A DNA stretch of 64,000 nucleotides from a virus, in IMG/VR virus record IMGVR_UViG_3300034683_000192, positions 135,881-199,880 of that record; one strand, 5' to 3'. The number at the start of each line of letters is the position of its first letter. The first letter of the stretch is position 1. A program made the translations under genes and the position numbers. Of the stretch, positions 28,337 to 38,288 are shown one piece after another. Below the pieces are notes generated by a model, which ran no database searches, was not told the origin of the DNA, and saw only the letters and a program-made list of their open reading frames with translations.

Positions 28337-29818
28337 ATGCAAAATCACATTCCGAATAGATTATTCGCACAATCATTTCTGTATCGTGTGAGTTTTGAGA
28401 AATCCACCAATACAGAGTACATGACAAAACTCATCTCGGAGTTTCGTTCAAAAAATCGTGATGTCATCTTCGATATACATCTGAATGATTCACAAACTCA
28501 GAAAAGTGTGTTTGAGATTTTCAAAGAAGTGGGACCCACTGAAAAGATACGATTCACGCAGAACCGTTCTTTTGATCAGAATGACTGGGTCTATTCTGGT
28601 GAAGGTGAACACATTGGATTCATTGCTCCAGACGAGCATACACTGCATCACATCACGTTGATGTCGATTCATTCGATTGGTGAACGAGAACCAGTCATGC
28701 TCGTCTACAATGGGAATGAAATCTATCTTCCTGTCGAAAAGATTCCTCCGAACATTTTGAGTCATTCGATCAACTTGATCTCCGGAGAAAAGATATCTTC
28801 GGACGGACTTTGTTCAGTCATTCCTGTACAGTCAAAAATGATCGGACCGAAAGGTAGAATCATCACTTCTGCACAGACAAGAGCAGGTCTCGTGTGTCAC
28901 GCATTTCAGGGTGAACTTCCTAGTCTGAATGTTCCTGGAAATATCAACAAGATCAATTTCCTTGAACAGTGGTTGACTGGGTCGACATCCCTTACATCTA
29001 AAGAATTCATTGGGTACGAATTTGAGAAGGATACTTTCCGTATTCGTTCCATCGAATTCATTGCCAGAGTTGGTGCTCCAGATGCTCCTGCGCAACTTAC
29101 CCCAAGACCAAAGACGATGCAGATATTCGGAAAAAAAGGAACCACCTGGATTCCTATTTCTACCGAATTTACTCTTCAGCCAGAACACTGGCAATTCTTG
29201 AGTCCGGTTGCACTCAATTTCACACCAGACGAAGATGAAGATTTTGAGTACTCTGGAATTCGTGTCGACATCTCTGAGTGGTATCCAGGTGCACATGACA
29301 AGATGGAACTTGGTCTCATGCGAATGATTGTACGCGGTATCCCCAAATACAGTCAAAACATCAAAGTTCCATTCATCACCCCTCCAGATAGTCAAATGCT
29401 GTACACCCAGTACAATCCCTATCTTCTGGAATATCCCAAGAATATTGGGGAAGAGATCATTCCACCGAATATCTCGGAAAAGAAAATCGATCTGACAAAG
29501 TACCTTCCTGTACCGAAAAAGATCGAGTTCGCCAACACGAAGATAAACTATCTCGAAGATCTTATCAATGTCACTGAACTTGAGTCTGGTGATGTTATTG
29601 AGATTCGTGCCAAGAAAGCAACAACTTTCCAGATAGGCAGAGAAACTCCGAAAGATGATCATTCGCGACTTCTTGCGGATCGTTGTCTTCTGCTTGCTGG
29701 ATACAAGTTCTCTCTCGGAGGATCGTCATATTTCACGGTGTACGGTAAAGTGCAACGGAATACCACGATCAGATTGACCTTCGACGCAAAAGAAAAAGTA
29801 TTCGTTATCGAAAAATAA
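28337..29818 (+). CDS. Tail-associated protein with a discoidin/F5-8C-like beta-sandwich
   Basis: HAFQ...QWLT...FIGYEF...IRSI...PKTMQIFG...W...YSGIRV pattern; tail cassette context. Confidence 0.55.
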   Translation: MQNHIPNRLFAQSFLYRVSFEKSTNTEYMTKLISEFRSKNRDVIFDIHLNDSQTQKSVFEIFKEVGPTEKIRFTQNRSFDQNDWVYSGEGEHIGFIAPDEHTLHHITLMSIHSIGEREPVMLVYNGNEIYLPVEKIPPNILSHSINLISGEKISSDGLCSVIPVQSKMIGPKGRIITSAQTRAGLVCHAFQGELPSLNVPGNINKINFLEQWLTGSTSLTSKEFIGYEFEKDTFRIRSIEFIARVGAPDAPAQLTPRPKTMQIFGKKGTTWIPISTEFTLQPEHWQFLSPVALNFTPDEDEDFEYSGIRVDISEWYPGAHDKMELGLMRMIVRGIPKYSQNIKVPFITPPDSQMLYTQYNPYLLEYPKNIGEEIIPPNISEKKIDLTKYLPVPKKIEFANTKINYLEDLINVTELESGDVIEIRAKKATTFQIGRETPKDDHSRLLADRCLLLAGYKFSLGGSSYFTVYGKVQRNTTIRLTFDAKEKVFVIEK

Positions 29819-29824
29819 ACTACC

Positions 29825-29855
29825 TGACAAATGCTGGAAATTCCAGCATTTGTCA
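29825..29855. terminator. Hairpin
   Basis: tgacaaatgctggaa...ttccagcatttgtca. Confidence 0.7.
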
Positions 29856-29908
29856 AATATTGCGCAAATATTATGTTCATCTAAATACCAATAAACTAGG
29901 AGGACGTA

Positions 29909-30991
29909 ATGCCAATATCAATTGAACTTGCAGACGCCGGTAGCAAGTTGCGTAAAAATTACAATAAAGAAGTAATCGCCGGTACTGAATTTAAATTTCC
30001 TACTCCGATGGAAGATTTCTTTTCCACTGGTGTAACTACTACGGATGAATTTGAATCTACTGTAGATGGAGATCCAGTTGTTCTTTCTTTCAAAAATATG
30101 ACCATCAACGCTGGTCATATTGTTCGACCTACAAATAGATGTAAAGGGATGTTCATTTACGTTGAAGGAGATCTCATCGTAAATGGACAATTGACCATGA
30201 CTGCACGCGGTGCCGCTGGTGCAGGTATGTTTGTAGGGATCGATCCTGAAGTTGGAGTTTACATAAACTCTGAAGATACCTTTACCGAACACGATCTTGT
30301 TGTCATATCTCCCAATGGTGGAAATGGTGGATCACGTCGAAGTATTGGTAGTGGAAGTGAAACTTCATACGGTGCAGATGGATATCCCGGATATGTCGGT
30401 ACCAACGGCGCATGTGGAGGCGGTGGTGGAGGCGGCGTAGCCCATCAAAATAGTGGTTCAAGTACATCAGGATCTGGATCAGCTGGTACATCTTTCTCTG
30501 GTGGAGCCGGAGGTGGTGGAGCAGCTTCTGCTGGTGTTACCATTACTGCAGAAAATGGTGCACTCGATGGTGGGGCTGGCGGCAATGCCAGAGCAGCTAC
30601 AATAAATACCTCGACCAAACGTAGAGCGTGTGGTGGTGGCGCAGGAAATCCTGGTGGTGCATTTCAGCGAGCTGCTCCTGTCGAATATCTTGCACAGAAC
30701 GGTGGTACTGGTGCCGGAGGATTGATCATTCTCGTTGTTAAGGGGAACATTATCCTTGGTACCAGTGGAAAAATAAGTTCAGATGGTGTTGTAGGTGGTG
30801 CTGGACACAATGCTGGTGGAGGAGGATCTGGTGGCGGAGCCATCCACATCTTCCACAAAGGTACGATCAATGATCTCACCAAAATCACTGCTACCGGTGG
30901 TAATGGTGGTGGATCTACTGGTGGATCTATTCCTTATGCTCGAGGTGGTAAAGGCGGGAATGGATTCATTGGTCGATATATCCTGGGATAA
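29909..30991 (+). CDS. Glycine-rich tail fibre/spike protein
   Basis: Many GGGGG/GAGG runs; MTINAGH..RCKGMFIYVEGDLIVNG N-terminal pattern. Confidence 0.8.
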   Translation: MPISIELADAGSKLRKNYNKEVIAGTEFKFPTPMEDFFSTGVTTTDEFESTVDGDPVVLSFKNMTINAGHIVRPTNRCKGMFIYVEGDLIVNGQLTMTARGAAGAGMFVGIDPEVGVYINSEDTFTEHDLVVISPNGGNGGSRRSIGSGSETSYGADGYPGYVGTNGACGGGGGGGVAHQNSGSSTSGSGSAGTSFSGGAGGGGAASAGVTITAENGALDGGAGGNARAATINTSTKRRACGGGAGNPGGAFQRAAPVEYLAQNGGTGAGGLIILVVKGNIILGTSGKISSDGVVGGAGHNAGGGGSGGGAIHIFHKGTINDLTKITATGGNGGGSTGGSIPYARGGKGGNGFIGRYILG

Positions 30992-31009
30992 TGGTTCCAA
31001 GTATAAACG

Positions 31010-31037
31010 AGATGAGGACCCATTTGGGTCCTCATCT
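31010..31037 (+). terminator. Terminator after the Gly-rich gene
   Basis: agatgaggaccca...tgggtcctcatct, then T-rich. Confidence 0.7.
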
Positions 31038-31106
31038 TTGTACCTATTTTTTTATGTCAGGTACTCATTATGTGTCTATACGAGTAATACATCTAAGGAG
31101 CCTCAC

Positions 31107-32453
31107 ATGAGTCTTTTCGATTCCGTTGGCATCAAGAATGCACAAATCGCTCCGTACATCAATACTGGTACTCTTTTCGATATCGCACTCGGTCAGTTTG
31201 AAAAGAGCTATGACGATCGCTGGATTCTGAATGGGGGTATTGCCCCTATCACTGGAGTCTGTGGTCGAGCTGGAACATACAAGTCGACTGTAGTCGACAG
31301 TATCATTATCCAGATTCTTCTTCGCTATCCACAAATCGAATGCTGGAAACATGACTCCGAGCAAAACGTATTCTCTCTCGTACGATTCGAGAAGATGGCT
31401 GATGGTAAAATCGATGTGAATACTCGATTCCGTCTGACCAATGCTACATCACACACATTTGCTGAGGTCATCGAAGGTCTTCAGGAACTGTGTGCATTCA
31501 AAGAAAAGAATCGAAAAGATTACATCGTTCCGTCGCCTTTCCTCGACCTTTCTGGAAATCGACTCAATACTTGGGTTCCGACTATCGTCGATATCGACAG
31601 CTTCACTTGTATGCGAACTGTACAGGAAGAAGGACAATCGGAAAAGGTCGGTCTCGAAGATGGTGCAAGAAACATGGACGATATGTTTGACGGGAAAGTC
31701 AAACGCAAGTTCATGTTCGACATATCGCGCTGGGCATCAAAGTTCGGCATTTACTTCCTGATGACTGCACATGTTGACGATACGTGCGACATTGATCCAC
31801 GTAGACCGGCACAAAAACAGTTGCAGTTTCTTCGTCAGGGTGATAGACTCAAAGGGGTCGGTTCTCAGTTTGAATTCCTCACAAACGTGCTCCTTCAGGG
31901 TACCTCCCCGACTCCCATCGTAGACGCCAAGAAGGGTCCTGAATATCCTACCGGCAACGAATCAAACATCGATATCAACGAACTCTCCGTAAAGATCCTT
32001 CGATGCAAGACAAATGCAACTGGGACAATTATCCCTCTTGTCATGTCGCAGCATCTCGGGATTCTTGGTCCTCTTACCAACTACCATTTCCTCAAGAATA
32101 ATGGGGATTATGGATTTGCAGTGAAAGGACATAACAGATATTCTCTGTTCTCTCCTGATCTTCTTCTCCACAGAAATTCCATTATCGAATCGCTGCACGA
32201 TAACTACGAAGCTTGTCGTGGTCTTGAGATTCTCGCACAGCTGAAGTGGGTAGCGATGTTCTGGAATACTAAGGCTCAGCCTGTGGATATTCCTGAAACA
32301 GCTACAGAGTTCGTCGAAAAGATTCATGCTTCGAACTCTATTGCGGTGGAGGATATCCTTAATTCCAGAGGTCATTGGTCTTTGGATGAAACCAAAGAGG
32401 ATCGCAAGTACATGAGTCTTTACGATATTCTTCAAATCATCGGAAAAAAATAA
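31107..32453 (+). CDS. uvsX: RecA/UvsX-like recombinase (phiKZ gp152-like)
   Basis: INTGTLFD, Walker A GRAGTYKST, Walker B IVDIDS, MTAHV; start MSLFD at 31107 with AAGGAG RBS. Confidence 0.9.
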   Translation: MSLFDSVGIKNAQIAPYINTGTLFDIALGQFEKSYDDRWILNGGIAPITGVCGRAGTYKSTVVDSIIIQILLRYPQIECWKHDSEQNVFSLVRFEKMADGKIDVNTRFRLTNATSHTFAEVIEGLQELCAFKEKNRKDYIVPSPFLDLSGNRLNTWVPTIVDIDSFTCMRTVQEEGQSEKVGLEDGARNMDDMFDGKVKRKFMFDISRWASKFGIYFLMTAHVDDTCDIDPRRPAQKQLQFLRQGDRLKGVGSQFEFLTNVLLQGTSPTPIVDAKKGPEYPTGNESNIDINELSVKILRCKTNATGTIIPLVMSQHLGILGPLTNYHFLKNNGDYGFAVKGHNRYSLFSPDLLLHRNSIIESLHDNYEACRGLEILAQLKWVAMFWNTKAQPVDIPETATEFVEKIHASNSIAVEDILNSRGHWSLDETKEDRKYMSLYDILQIIGKK

Positions 32454-32467
32454 CAAAGCCCAGTACA

Positions 32468-32497
32468 CTAGAGGTGCTCCATATGGAGCACCTCTAG
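32468..32497. terminator. Bidirectional terminator between convergent genes
   Basis: Perfect palindrome ctagaggtgctccatatggagcacctctag. Confidence 0.75.
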
Positions 32498-32500
32498 CAT

Positions 32501-32971
32501 CTAGGCATTAGGATCTTTATGTTCAGTGTACAGCATAAAGATCCCGTTATGCGAGTTTCCTCTCGTGTAGATCAACTTGTGTATGTCTTTGCACAGATCC
32601 CAGAAGTATTCATTCCGTACGTCTTCTTCCAGATCTGCGTCAAGCATTGTTTGATCGATTTCGAATGGGTATGCATTCGCGTCGTATATTTCACACGCGA
32701 TTACAACCGTGTCTTTTTCGATGTCCACATCGAATAACTGCGAAAATAACTTATTTGTGTTTTCTCGCAGTACGTGAACATTTACTTGTACTTTGTTGGA
32801 TTCTCGATTCATTTCGAACATAATCCACACTGGAAGCAGTACGTATGGATCCGCTGAGAATCGCTCTTGTATGGCATTTTCAATTCTTTTTCCAATGTCT
32901 GGATAATCTTGGAATGCCATTATGTCGTAAAATTCATCTTCGGTGATTACATAATCGCACATGTTCCGCAT
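32501..32971 (-). CDS. Acidic hypothetical protein
   Basis: ATG at 32971 with GGAGG RBS (ORF track start 32983 abuts a hairpin at 32984-33006). Confidence 0.75.
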   Translation of the reverse strand: MRNMCDYVITEDEFYDIMAFQDYPDIGKRIENAIQERFSADPYVLLPVWIMFEMNRESNKVQVNVHVLRENTNKLFSQLFDVDIEKDTVVIACEIYDANAYPFEIDQTMLDADLEEDVRNEYFWDLCKDIHKLIYTRGNSHNGIFMLYTEHKDPNA

Positions 32972-33011
32972 ATCTTCCTCCATACGGAGAGGGTAAACCC
33001 CTCCGTGATTG

Positions 33012-33425
33012 TTAGACCAATGTCAATTGTCCGTTTTCTTTACACTCGCTACGAACTACGAGTACCGTCGTTGGGGATGGATTCATCCACGAACAGGAGT
33101 ACCTTCGCTCATCTGCGATCCATGCCAGTATGGTATCACGTAATGCACGGAGTTTCCATGTCGTTTCGATCCGAAGTGGCATTGGTTTGTGGTATCGTCT
33201 CAGTTTTATATCCACCGCGATGACGACTTGGTTGTAGGTGTCTTTGATCATCGCAGTAACGTCGTCATTGGAACAAATGTCCCCTGGGGTATAATGAAGG
33301 CAGATACCGTCAGGATAGACAGAGCAAATTGCTCTATCTTCCGGAAGATACCATCGACCCTCATCGATCTGCTCAAGGGCCATTCCGTCACACATCGCAC
33401 GTATGGTCTGCTCGAGCTGATTCAT
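33012..33425 (-). CDS. Hypothetical protein
   Basis: 137 aa, GGAGG RBS. Confidence 0.75.
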   Translation of the reverse strand: MNQLEQTIRAMCDGMALEQIDEGRWYLPEDRAICSVYPDGICLHYTPGDICSNDDVTAMIKDTYNQVVIAVDIKLRRYHKPMPLRIETTWKLRALRDTILAWIADERRYSCSWMNPSPTTVLVVRSECKENGQLTLV

Positions 33426-33440
33426 TTTGGTTCCTCCAGA

Positions 33441-34022
33441 TTAGATATACTTAGTGAAGATCTCCTTCGGATCGAACCCGGTAACTTCCACCAGATTCAT
33501 CTGTTCCAGTTCAGAGATCTGTCCGTATACGGACTCCATATTACCCTTCGAGTAGCTTCCGGTGAAGTACACGTTGGCTACACCAGAAGCGCATAGCATC
33601 TTCAGACAGATGGGGCATGGCATCGTTGTGCAGTACACATCTGCACCTGCCAGACTGAATCCGAGTCTACTGGAGTTGGCGATGATGTTCTGTTCAGCGT
33701 GCATCGCTTTGCAGATGTCGAGACTCTTACCGGACGGAATGTTGTTGATCGTCCGGAGACAAGTTTCAGGAGTGCAGTGCTCATGATCACGAAGCACTCC
33801 ATTGTATCCTTCGGCGATGATGAGGCCATCCTTTACTGCGATCGCACCTACTTTCCGGCGGGTGCAGGTGGACCGCATGCTCACCACATGCGCGATCAGC
33901 ATGAACCAGTCGAGAGAAGAAATCCTCTCAGGCTGGAGCTTCTGCGCGTATGGTTTTGCGAGTCCACGCAAACCACCGGGAATCATCTGACCGCCAGGAT
34001 TTCCGTCGCGTTTGATGGGCAT
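33441..34022 (-). CDS. dCMP deaminase
   Basis: RSTCTRRKVGA, GYNG, HAEQN, PCPIC Zn motifs. Confidence 0.93.
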   Translation of the reverse strand: MPIKRDGNPGGQMIPGGLRGLAKPYAQKLQPERISSLDWFMLIAHVVSMRSTCTRRKVGAIAVKDGLIIAEGYNGVLRDHEHCTPETCLRTINNIPSGKSLDICKAMHAEQNIIANSSRLGFSLAGADVYCTTMPCPICLKMLCASGVANVYFTGSYSKGNMESVYGQISELEQMNLVEVTGFDPKEIFTKYI

Positions 34023-34063
34023 ATCTACTCCTTTTAAAAGGGTTAATTGTTAAGATCACTATA

Positions 34064-34073
34064 GTGATATATA
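34064..34073 (-). promoter_or_regulatory. Putative early promoter variant TATATATCAC
   Basis: About 40 nt upstream of dCMP deaminase. Confidence 0.55.
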
Positions 34074-34139
34074 TCCACGACAATGTTCATTGTCATAGTC
34101 TCGTCATGCTATGCATTTCGCACACAAAGGAGATTTATC

Positions 34140-35090
34140 ATGACGAAGACTGCTACTCTCTCTGGATGGCACAACATCTCCACAAACAATCACACTCGTG
34201 TGAATGGTGTGACTGTCCAAGATATCCTGAGTATCTTAACTTCAATCAGAACGAATAAGACTTTTGTCGAATGGACAGAAGCATACGAAGAAGCCTACCT
34301 TCATTTTATCGATCAGAATAACCCACACGAAGTAACTGTCGATCAACTCAAGACAAAAGTCATTCAGGTCATATATGAAACATGGCTCTCTGAAGGATAT
34401 CAGGGAAGTCTGCAGAATTTCATCGATCTGCTTTTTCAGTATATCGAAATTGCAGACGATGCAAAAATGCAAGAAGGTACATCTGAAGTAGCTGTACCAT
34501 CAGTCGCAGTATTTCAGCACGCCATTGATAGACACGATGAAGATCTTGGTGCACATGAAGAACTCATCAATCCAATGTTTCCTGGGAATGAAAAGATAGT
34601 AAGTCCGATACTTGTGCTCTCATCTTTGGTTGGAGCACCCAGAGATATAGCAAGTAATCTCACTAGCGACTCAAAGAAGTTCGCAGGAATTCTTCTTGAT
34701 GTCGGTAGTAAATCAGATGAATTTACTGTAGCAATAGCGTGCGATTTTGTCGAAGAATCGATTCTCGTACTTAAGTGGGCAGATACAGATACTGTCGAAG
34801 TATCATTTTCTCCTACTACCTCACAAGTGAATATTCGAAATGGTGTAACGTCATTTGTAATCACTCTTGACGAAATTCCCACAAAACTCGATATAGCTCT
34901 TTCTGTGTACGCAGGATATTTGACAGTACATGTTGGAGATACTTTTGTCAATATGGGAAATATCCCATTGACAGCAAGCGATGCTCTTACGTGTGATGTC
35001 ATTACCTTCGACGCACTTCATTCGTTCGTTGTCTATCCGGAAGCACTGACTCTGGATCAAATAGTTCACGTTTTTGAAATCCTCGATTAG
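34140..35090 (+). CDS. Tail/baseplate-associated protein, paralog of the next gene
   Basis: ATG 34140 with AAGGAG RBS; shares NPH.., WLSEG..G...F...LFQY..IAD, VPSV and AH..L...FPG.E with 35103. Confidence 0.7.
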   Translation: MTKTATLSGWHNISTNNHTRVNGVTVQDILSILTSIRTNKTFVEWTEAYEEAYLHFIDQNNPHEVTVDQLKTKVIQVIYETWLSEGYQGSLQNFIDLLFQYIEIADDAKMQEGTSEVAVPSVAVFQHAIDRHDEDLGAHEELINPMFPGNEKIVSPILVLSSLVGAPRDIASNLTSDSKKFAGILLDVGSKSDEFTVAIACDFVEESILVLKWADTDTVEVSFSPTTSQVNIRNGVTSFVITLDEIPTKLDIALSVYAGYLTVHVGDTFVNMGNIPLTASDALTCDVITFDALHSFVVYPEALTLDQIVHVFEILD

Positions 35091-35102
35091 GGAGATATTC
35101 TG

Positions 35103-36821
35103 ATGCCCCCAAAGAGACCGATAGGTACCATTACCGGATTCGAGCTCATCACCACGAATGATCTCGAAGAAAATACCACTCCACAATCAGAACACGAGTA
35201 CACTCTCGAGGATCTCTATCTCCAGTTGAAGAAACTGCGAGATTATCTGGATCTTGATCGTCTGACGTATATCGAAGGACTGATTACCAGACACATCCAC
35301 GATTTCAATAACCCACATCTTGACGATCTTAGCAAACTCGGAACAAGTGTTCTTCAGGAACTTTACAATCTTTGGCTTTCCGAAGGAAATACTGGAGAAC
35401 GTGAAGAATTCTTGAGAGTACTTTTCCAGTATGTGAAGATTGCCGATGTGATCACATCACTCGAAGGTAAAGCGCTCGATCAAGTACCTTCGGTGAAATC
35501 AGCTGCAGCAATGATTTCTGCGCACAATACCAGCGCAGATGCGCACGATGCTCTTTTCCAGACGCTCTTTCCTGGAGAGGAAGTTTCCATGACTCCGACC
35601 TTCGTCATCGATGCGATGGTCGGGCTTCCGAGAGACATGGAAATTGTTGCGGATACATCTATCTCGTTCATCGACGAACATGGACGACTCAAAGATGCTC
35701 CAGCTGGAGTCATTCCCATCGACTACCAGTTTGGTGAACCTACTTTTCCTTTGACTGGAGAATTCACAAACGAATTTCTCCATACCGAAGCATTCGACAA
35801 TCCGTACTGGATTTGTGAAAATGCGGAAGTTGTAATTGACAATACTCGAGATAACTTGAGAAAAATTGGCCCGATGTTTGTTCTTGTTGAGCATAGCTCA
35901 GAGAATCCCATTGAACATATTCTCAAGTGCGACAATGGTATCGAAGTAGAAGCAAACAAACTCTACACGATTTCGTTGTTCGTATCGGCACGAGAAAGAC
36001 ACAGTATCGGGATTCGTATACCTGGAGGATTCGTAGGATCATATCCTCAGGTACATTTCAATCTCGAAGAAAAAGCGATATTCATCAATGCCAACGCGGA
36101 TAAGACCAAACTGTATGGGGAACTCCACGAACTCCATTCTGGATATTACCGTGTAGCTGTAACGTTCCGTCCTGGTTCGGCTGGTCTCGTTGTTCCTGAG
36201 ATCTACGTACTCGACATCTATGACGGTGACTCGAACTACGTGGGAACGGATGGATACGGTATTGGTATCGATGCAATCGAATTCAATGAAGGTCCGATTG
36301 TTCCTTACGTGAAGAGTGAAGATACTCCAGGTATCTGTGGACAACATACCTTCAGGATGCCTACTGGAGCGTGGTACAACAAAGACGAAGGTACTCTTAT
36401 CGTAGAGTGTAATAACTCAAATCCTCTTCTTCCTTCAGGACCAAGAGTACTCTACTCCATCGGTGATGGCGCAAATGGAATGACTGTAACTGGTCAGTAC
36501 CCCACCAATCACAACAGAAGATTCTTCTTCAACGGTTACGATGAAAGAAGTATCTCCATGTATGGTCAGTGGAGTCCTACGAGTGCGAGAGAACTAGTTA
36601 CATTCATTCATGGTTATTCCGAACAGAAACACCTTATCGGTGGTTTTGACGGAAATGCATCAGAAATCGTGACGAATAAGAAGGTTTTCCAATCTCCGGC
36701 ATACCTGTATCTTGGAACCGACCGTCTCGGAAAATATCCATTCTACGGATGGCTGAGAAGAGTCTGGTACTATCCCGGAATCTGCACTCTGAAAAACGTC
36801 AACTTCTTCTTGGGAGAATAG
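35103..36821 (+). CDS. Tail spike/fibre protein with CBM/LamG-like domains
   Basis: TNEFLHTEAFDNPYW, WYNKDEGTLIVE, YLYLG...GWLRRVWYYP patterns. Confidence 0.7.
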   Translation: MPPKRPIGTITGFELITTNDLEENTTPQSEHEYTLEDLYLQLKKLRDYLDLDRLTYIEGLITRHIHDFNNPHLDDLSKLGTSVLQELYNLWLSEGNTGEREEFLRVLFQYVKIADVITSLEGKALDQVPSVKSAAAMISAHNTSADAHDALFQTLFPGEEVSMTPTFVIDAMVGLPRDMEIVADTSISFIDEHGRLKDAPAGVIPIDYQFGEPTFPLTGEFTNEFLHTEAFDNPYWICENAEVVIDNTRDNLRKIGPMFVLVEHSSENPIEHILKCDNGIEVEANKLYTISLFVSARERHSIGIRIPGGFVGSYPQVHFNLEEKAIFINANADKTKLYGELHELHSGYYRVAVTFRPGSAGLVVPEIYVLDIYDGDSNYVGTDGYGIGIDAIEFNEGPIVPYVKSEDTPGICGQHTFRMPTGAWYNKDEGTLIVECNNSNPLLPSGPRVLYSIGDGANGMTVTGQYPTNHNRRFFFNGYDERSISMYGQWSPTSARELVTFIHGYSEQKHLIGGFDGNASEIVTNKKVFQSPAYLYLGTDRLGKYPFYGWLRRVWYYPGICTLKNVNFFLGE

Positions 36822-36824
36822 CCA

Positions 36825-38279
36825 ATGGCTGTCACGACCATAGATCTCGTGGAAGGTGTCTGGATCAAACTCGAAGGAATCGACGGATCATTCACGATTC
36901 GTAATCGTTCCGGACATCCCGTCAGTATCGTTCTGTCCGATGTCGATGAAGTTCCTACTGACGCAGGACTCGCCGAGCTCGGAATCAATCCCATGGAAAT
37001 TGGTGGACATATTTTCGAAGTAAGTACTTCGGAAGCATATCCCTTCGCTTTCGCAAAAGCTGGGGATAGTCAAGCATCAATTACCATTCGACCATTCGGA
37101 TCTATCGATCCATCAGAAGACATCACGTATCTTTCGCAGTTGCTCGACGCAATCGTCGTGACTGTGAATGATCACTTGGCTAACAGAAACGATCCGCACG
37201 ATGTGACGAAAGAACAGGTCGGTCTTTCGGATATTCCGAATTCGATTTCGGATGATCCTGAAACTAACGATGGGCAGACTCTCGCAACGACCGCTCTTAC
37301 TCATCTCATCCTCGAAGTTCTGACGACTCATATTCAGACAGTCGAAGGTAATCCGCATGGTGTTACCAAGGCTGACGTGGGTCTTTCGAATGTGGAAAAT
37401 TATTCTCCAGCTACTGTGGAGACTGGGTCAGATCAGACCAGAGATGATCTTTACATGACACCAAAAGCCACGTATGATGCAGTTCGTGCGTGGATTCCGG
37501 TGAATATGGCAATGTCGCCTCAATCGATCATCAAGTGCAAGATGGGACCGAGACCTTCCGGTTGGTCCAATATCGATTGTACTCAACCATCCATTCCTGT
37601 CGAAAAGGTGAATGATACCAGACTGATCGTCAATTCTGGTCTCATGGTCGCATTTGCCGATCTTGGGAAAGTACGGGAAAGCTTCGAACTGACGCAAGCA
37701 GTTGAACTGGTTCTTCCGAATAATGTTGCAGACGGCATGTACTACGTGTACGGCAATCTGACTGACAAAGCAGCATTCGCAGATTTCGCTATCTCGAATG
37801 TCGGATACAAAGAAGCGCCTTACCGTGATGGACATTACGGCGACTTCTTTGATACCGCGAAGTGCGTGATGTATGACCAAGACAATAACACGATCAGACG
37901 TGTATACCTTGCAAAGGTCATTGTCATTGGTGGTATCATCGCACAGATCATCTGTGTTCCTCTTGGAAACACAGTAACCATTCCCGCAACGATTCCTCTG
38001 ATGCTCGGAGGACGCGATCTTTACTACAATCCATTCATGTCTCCTGTAACGACGCAAGTCGAAGTCGAATACAATTCGACATGGGGAGAACCTGGATGGA
38101 ACGACCAGATCGGTGTAGCAGCAAGACCTCATCAGACTGGTCCTGAAGAACGAATCATTCTTCAGGCTGGGTTGATGGGATTTCTTGCGTGCGGTCGAGA
38201 ATCTGGATCTGCATTTGGTGCAAATTTCCAGACGGTCACCACTCCGATTCGCGCACGCATTGTCGTCAAAAAGAAATAG
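36825..38279 (+). CDS. Tail fibre protein with NPHxVTK.QVGL.NV repeats
   Basis: NDPHDVTKEQVGLSDIPN; GNPHGVTKADVGLSNVEN; YMTPKAT. Confidence 0.8.
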   Translation: MAVTTIDLVEGVWIKLEGIDGSFTIRNRSGHPVSIVLSDVDEVPTDAGLAELGINPMEIGGHIFEVSTSEAYPFAFAKAGDSQASITIRPFGSIDPSEDITYLSQLLDAIVVTVNDHLANRNDPHDVTKEQVGLSDIPNSISDDPETNDGQTLATTALTHLILEVLTTHIQTVEGNPHGVTKADVGLSNVENYSPATVETGSDQTRDDLYMTPKATYDAVRAWIPVNMAMSPQSIIKCKMGPRPSGWSNIDCTQPSIPVEKVNDTRLIVNSGLMVAFADLGKVRESFELTQAVELVLPNNVADGMYYVYGNLTDKAAFADFAISNVGYKEAPYRDGHYGDFFDTAKCVMYDQDNNTIRRVYLAKVIVIGGIIAQIICVPLGNTVTIPATIPLMLGGRDLYYNPFMSPVTTQVEVEYNSTWGEPGWNDQIGVAARPHQTGPEERIILQAGLMGFLACGRESGSAFGANFQTVTTPIRARIVVKKK

Positions 38280-38288
38280 GACTGTCGA

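Noticed and set aside
17270-31075. Late TATG promoters (e.g. cattatg at ~17275 and ~31065, ttatg at ~29871)
   Set aside because: A 4-nt motif is too short to support without TSS data; noted only as possible
30795-31106. N-terminal extension of RecA in the ORF track
   Set aside because: Overlaps the Gly-rich gene and spans a terminator; ATG 31107 has a clear RBS
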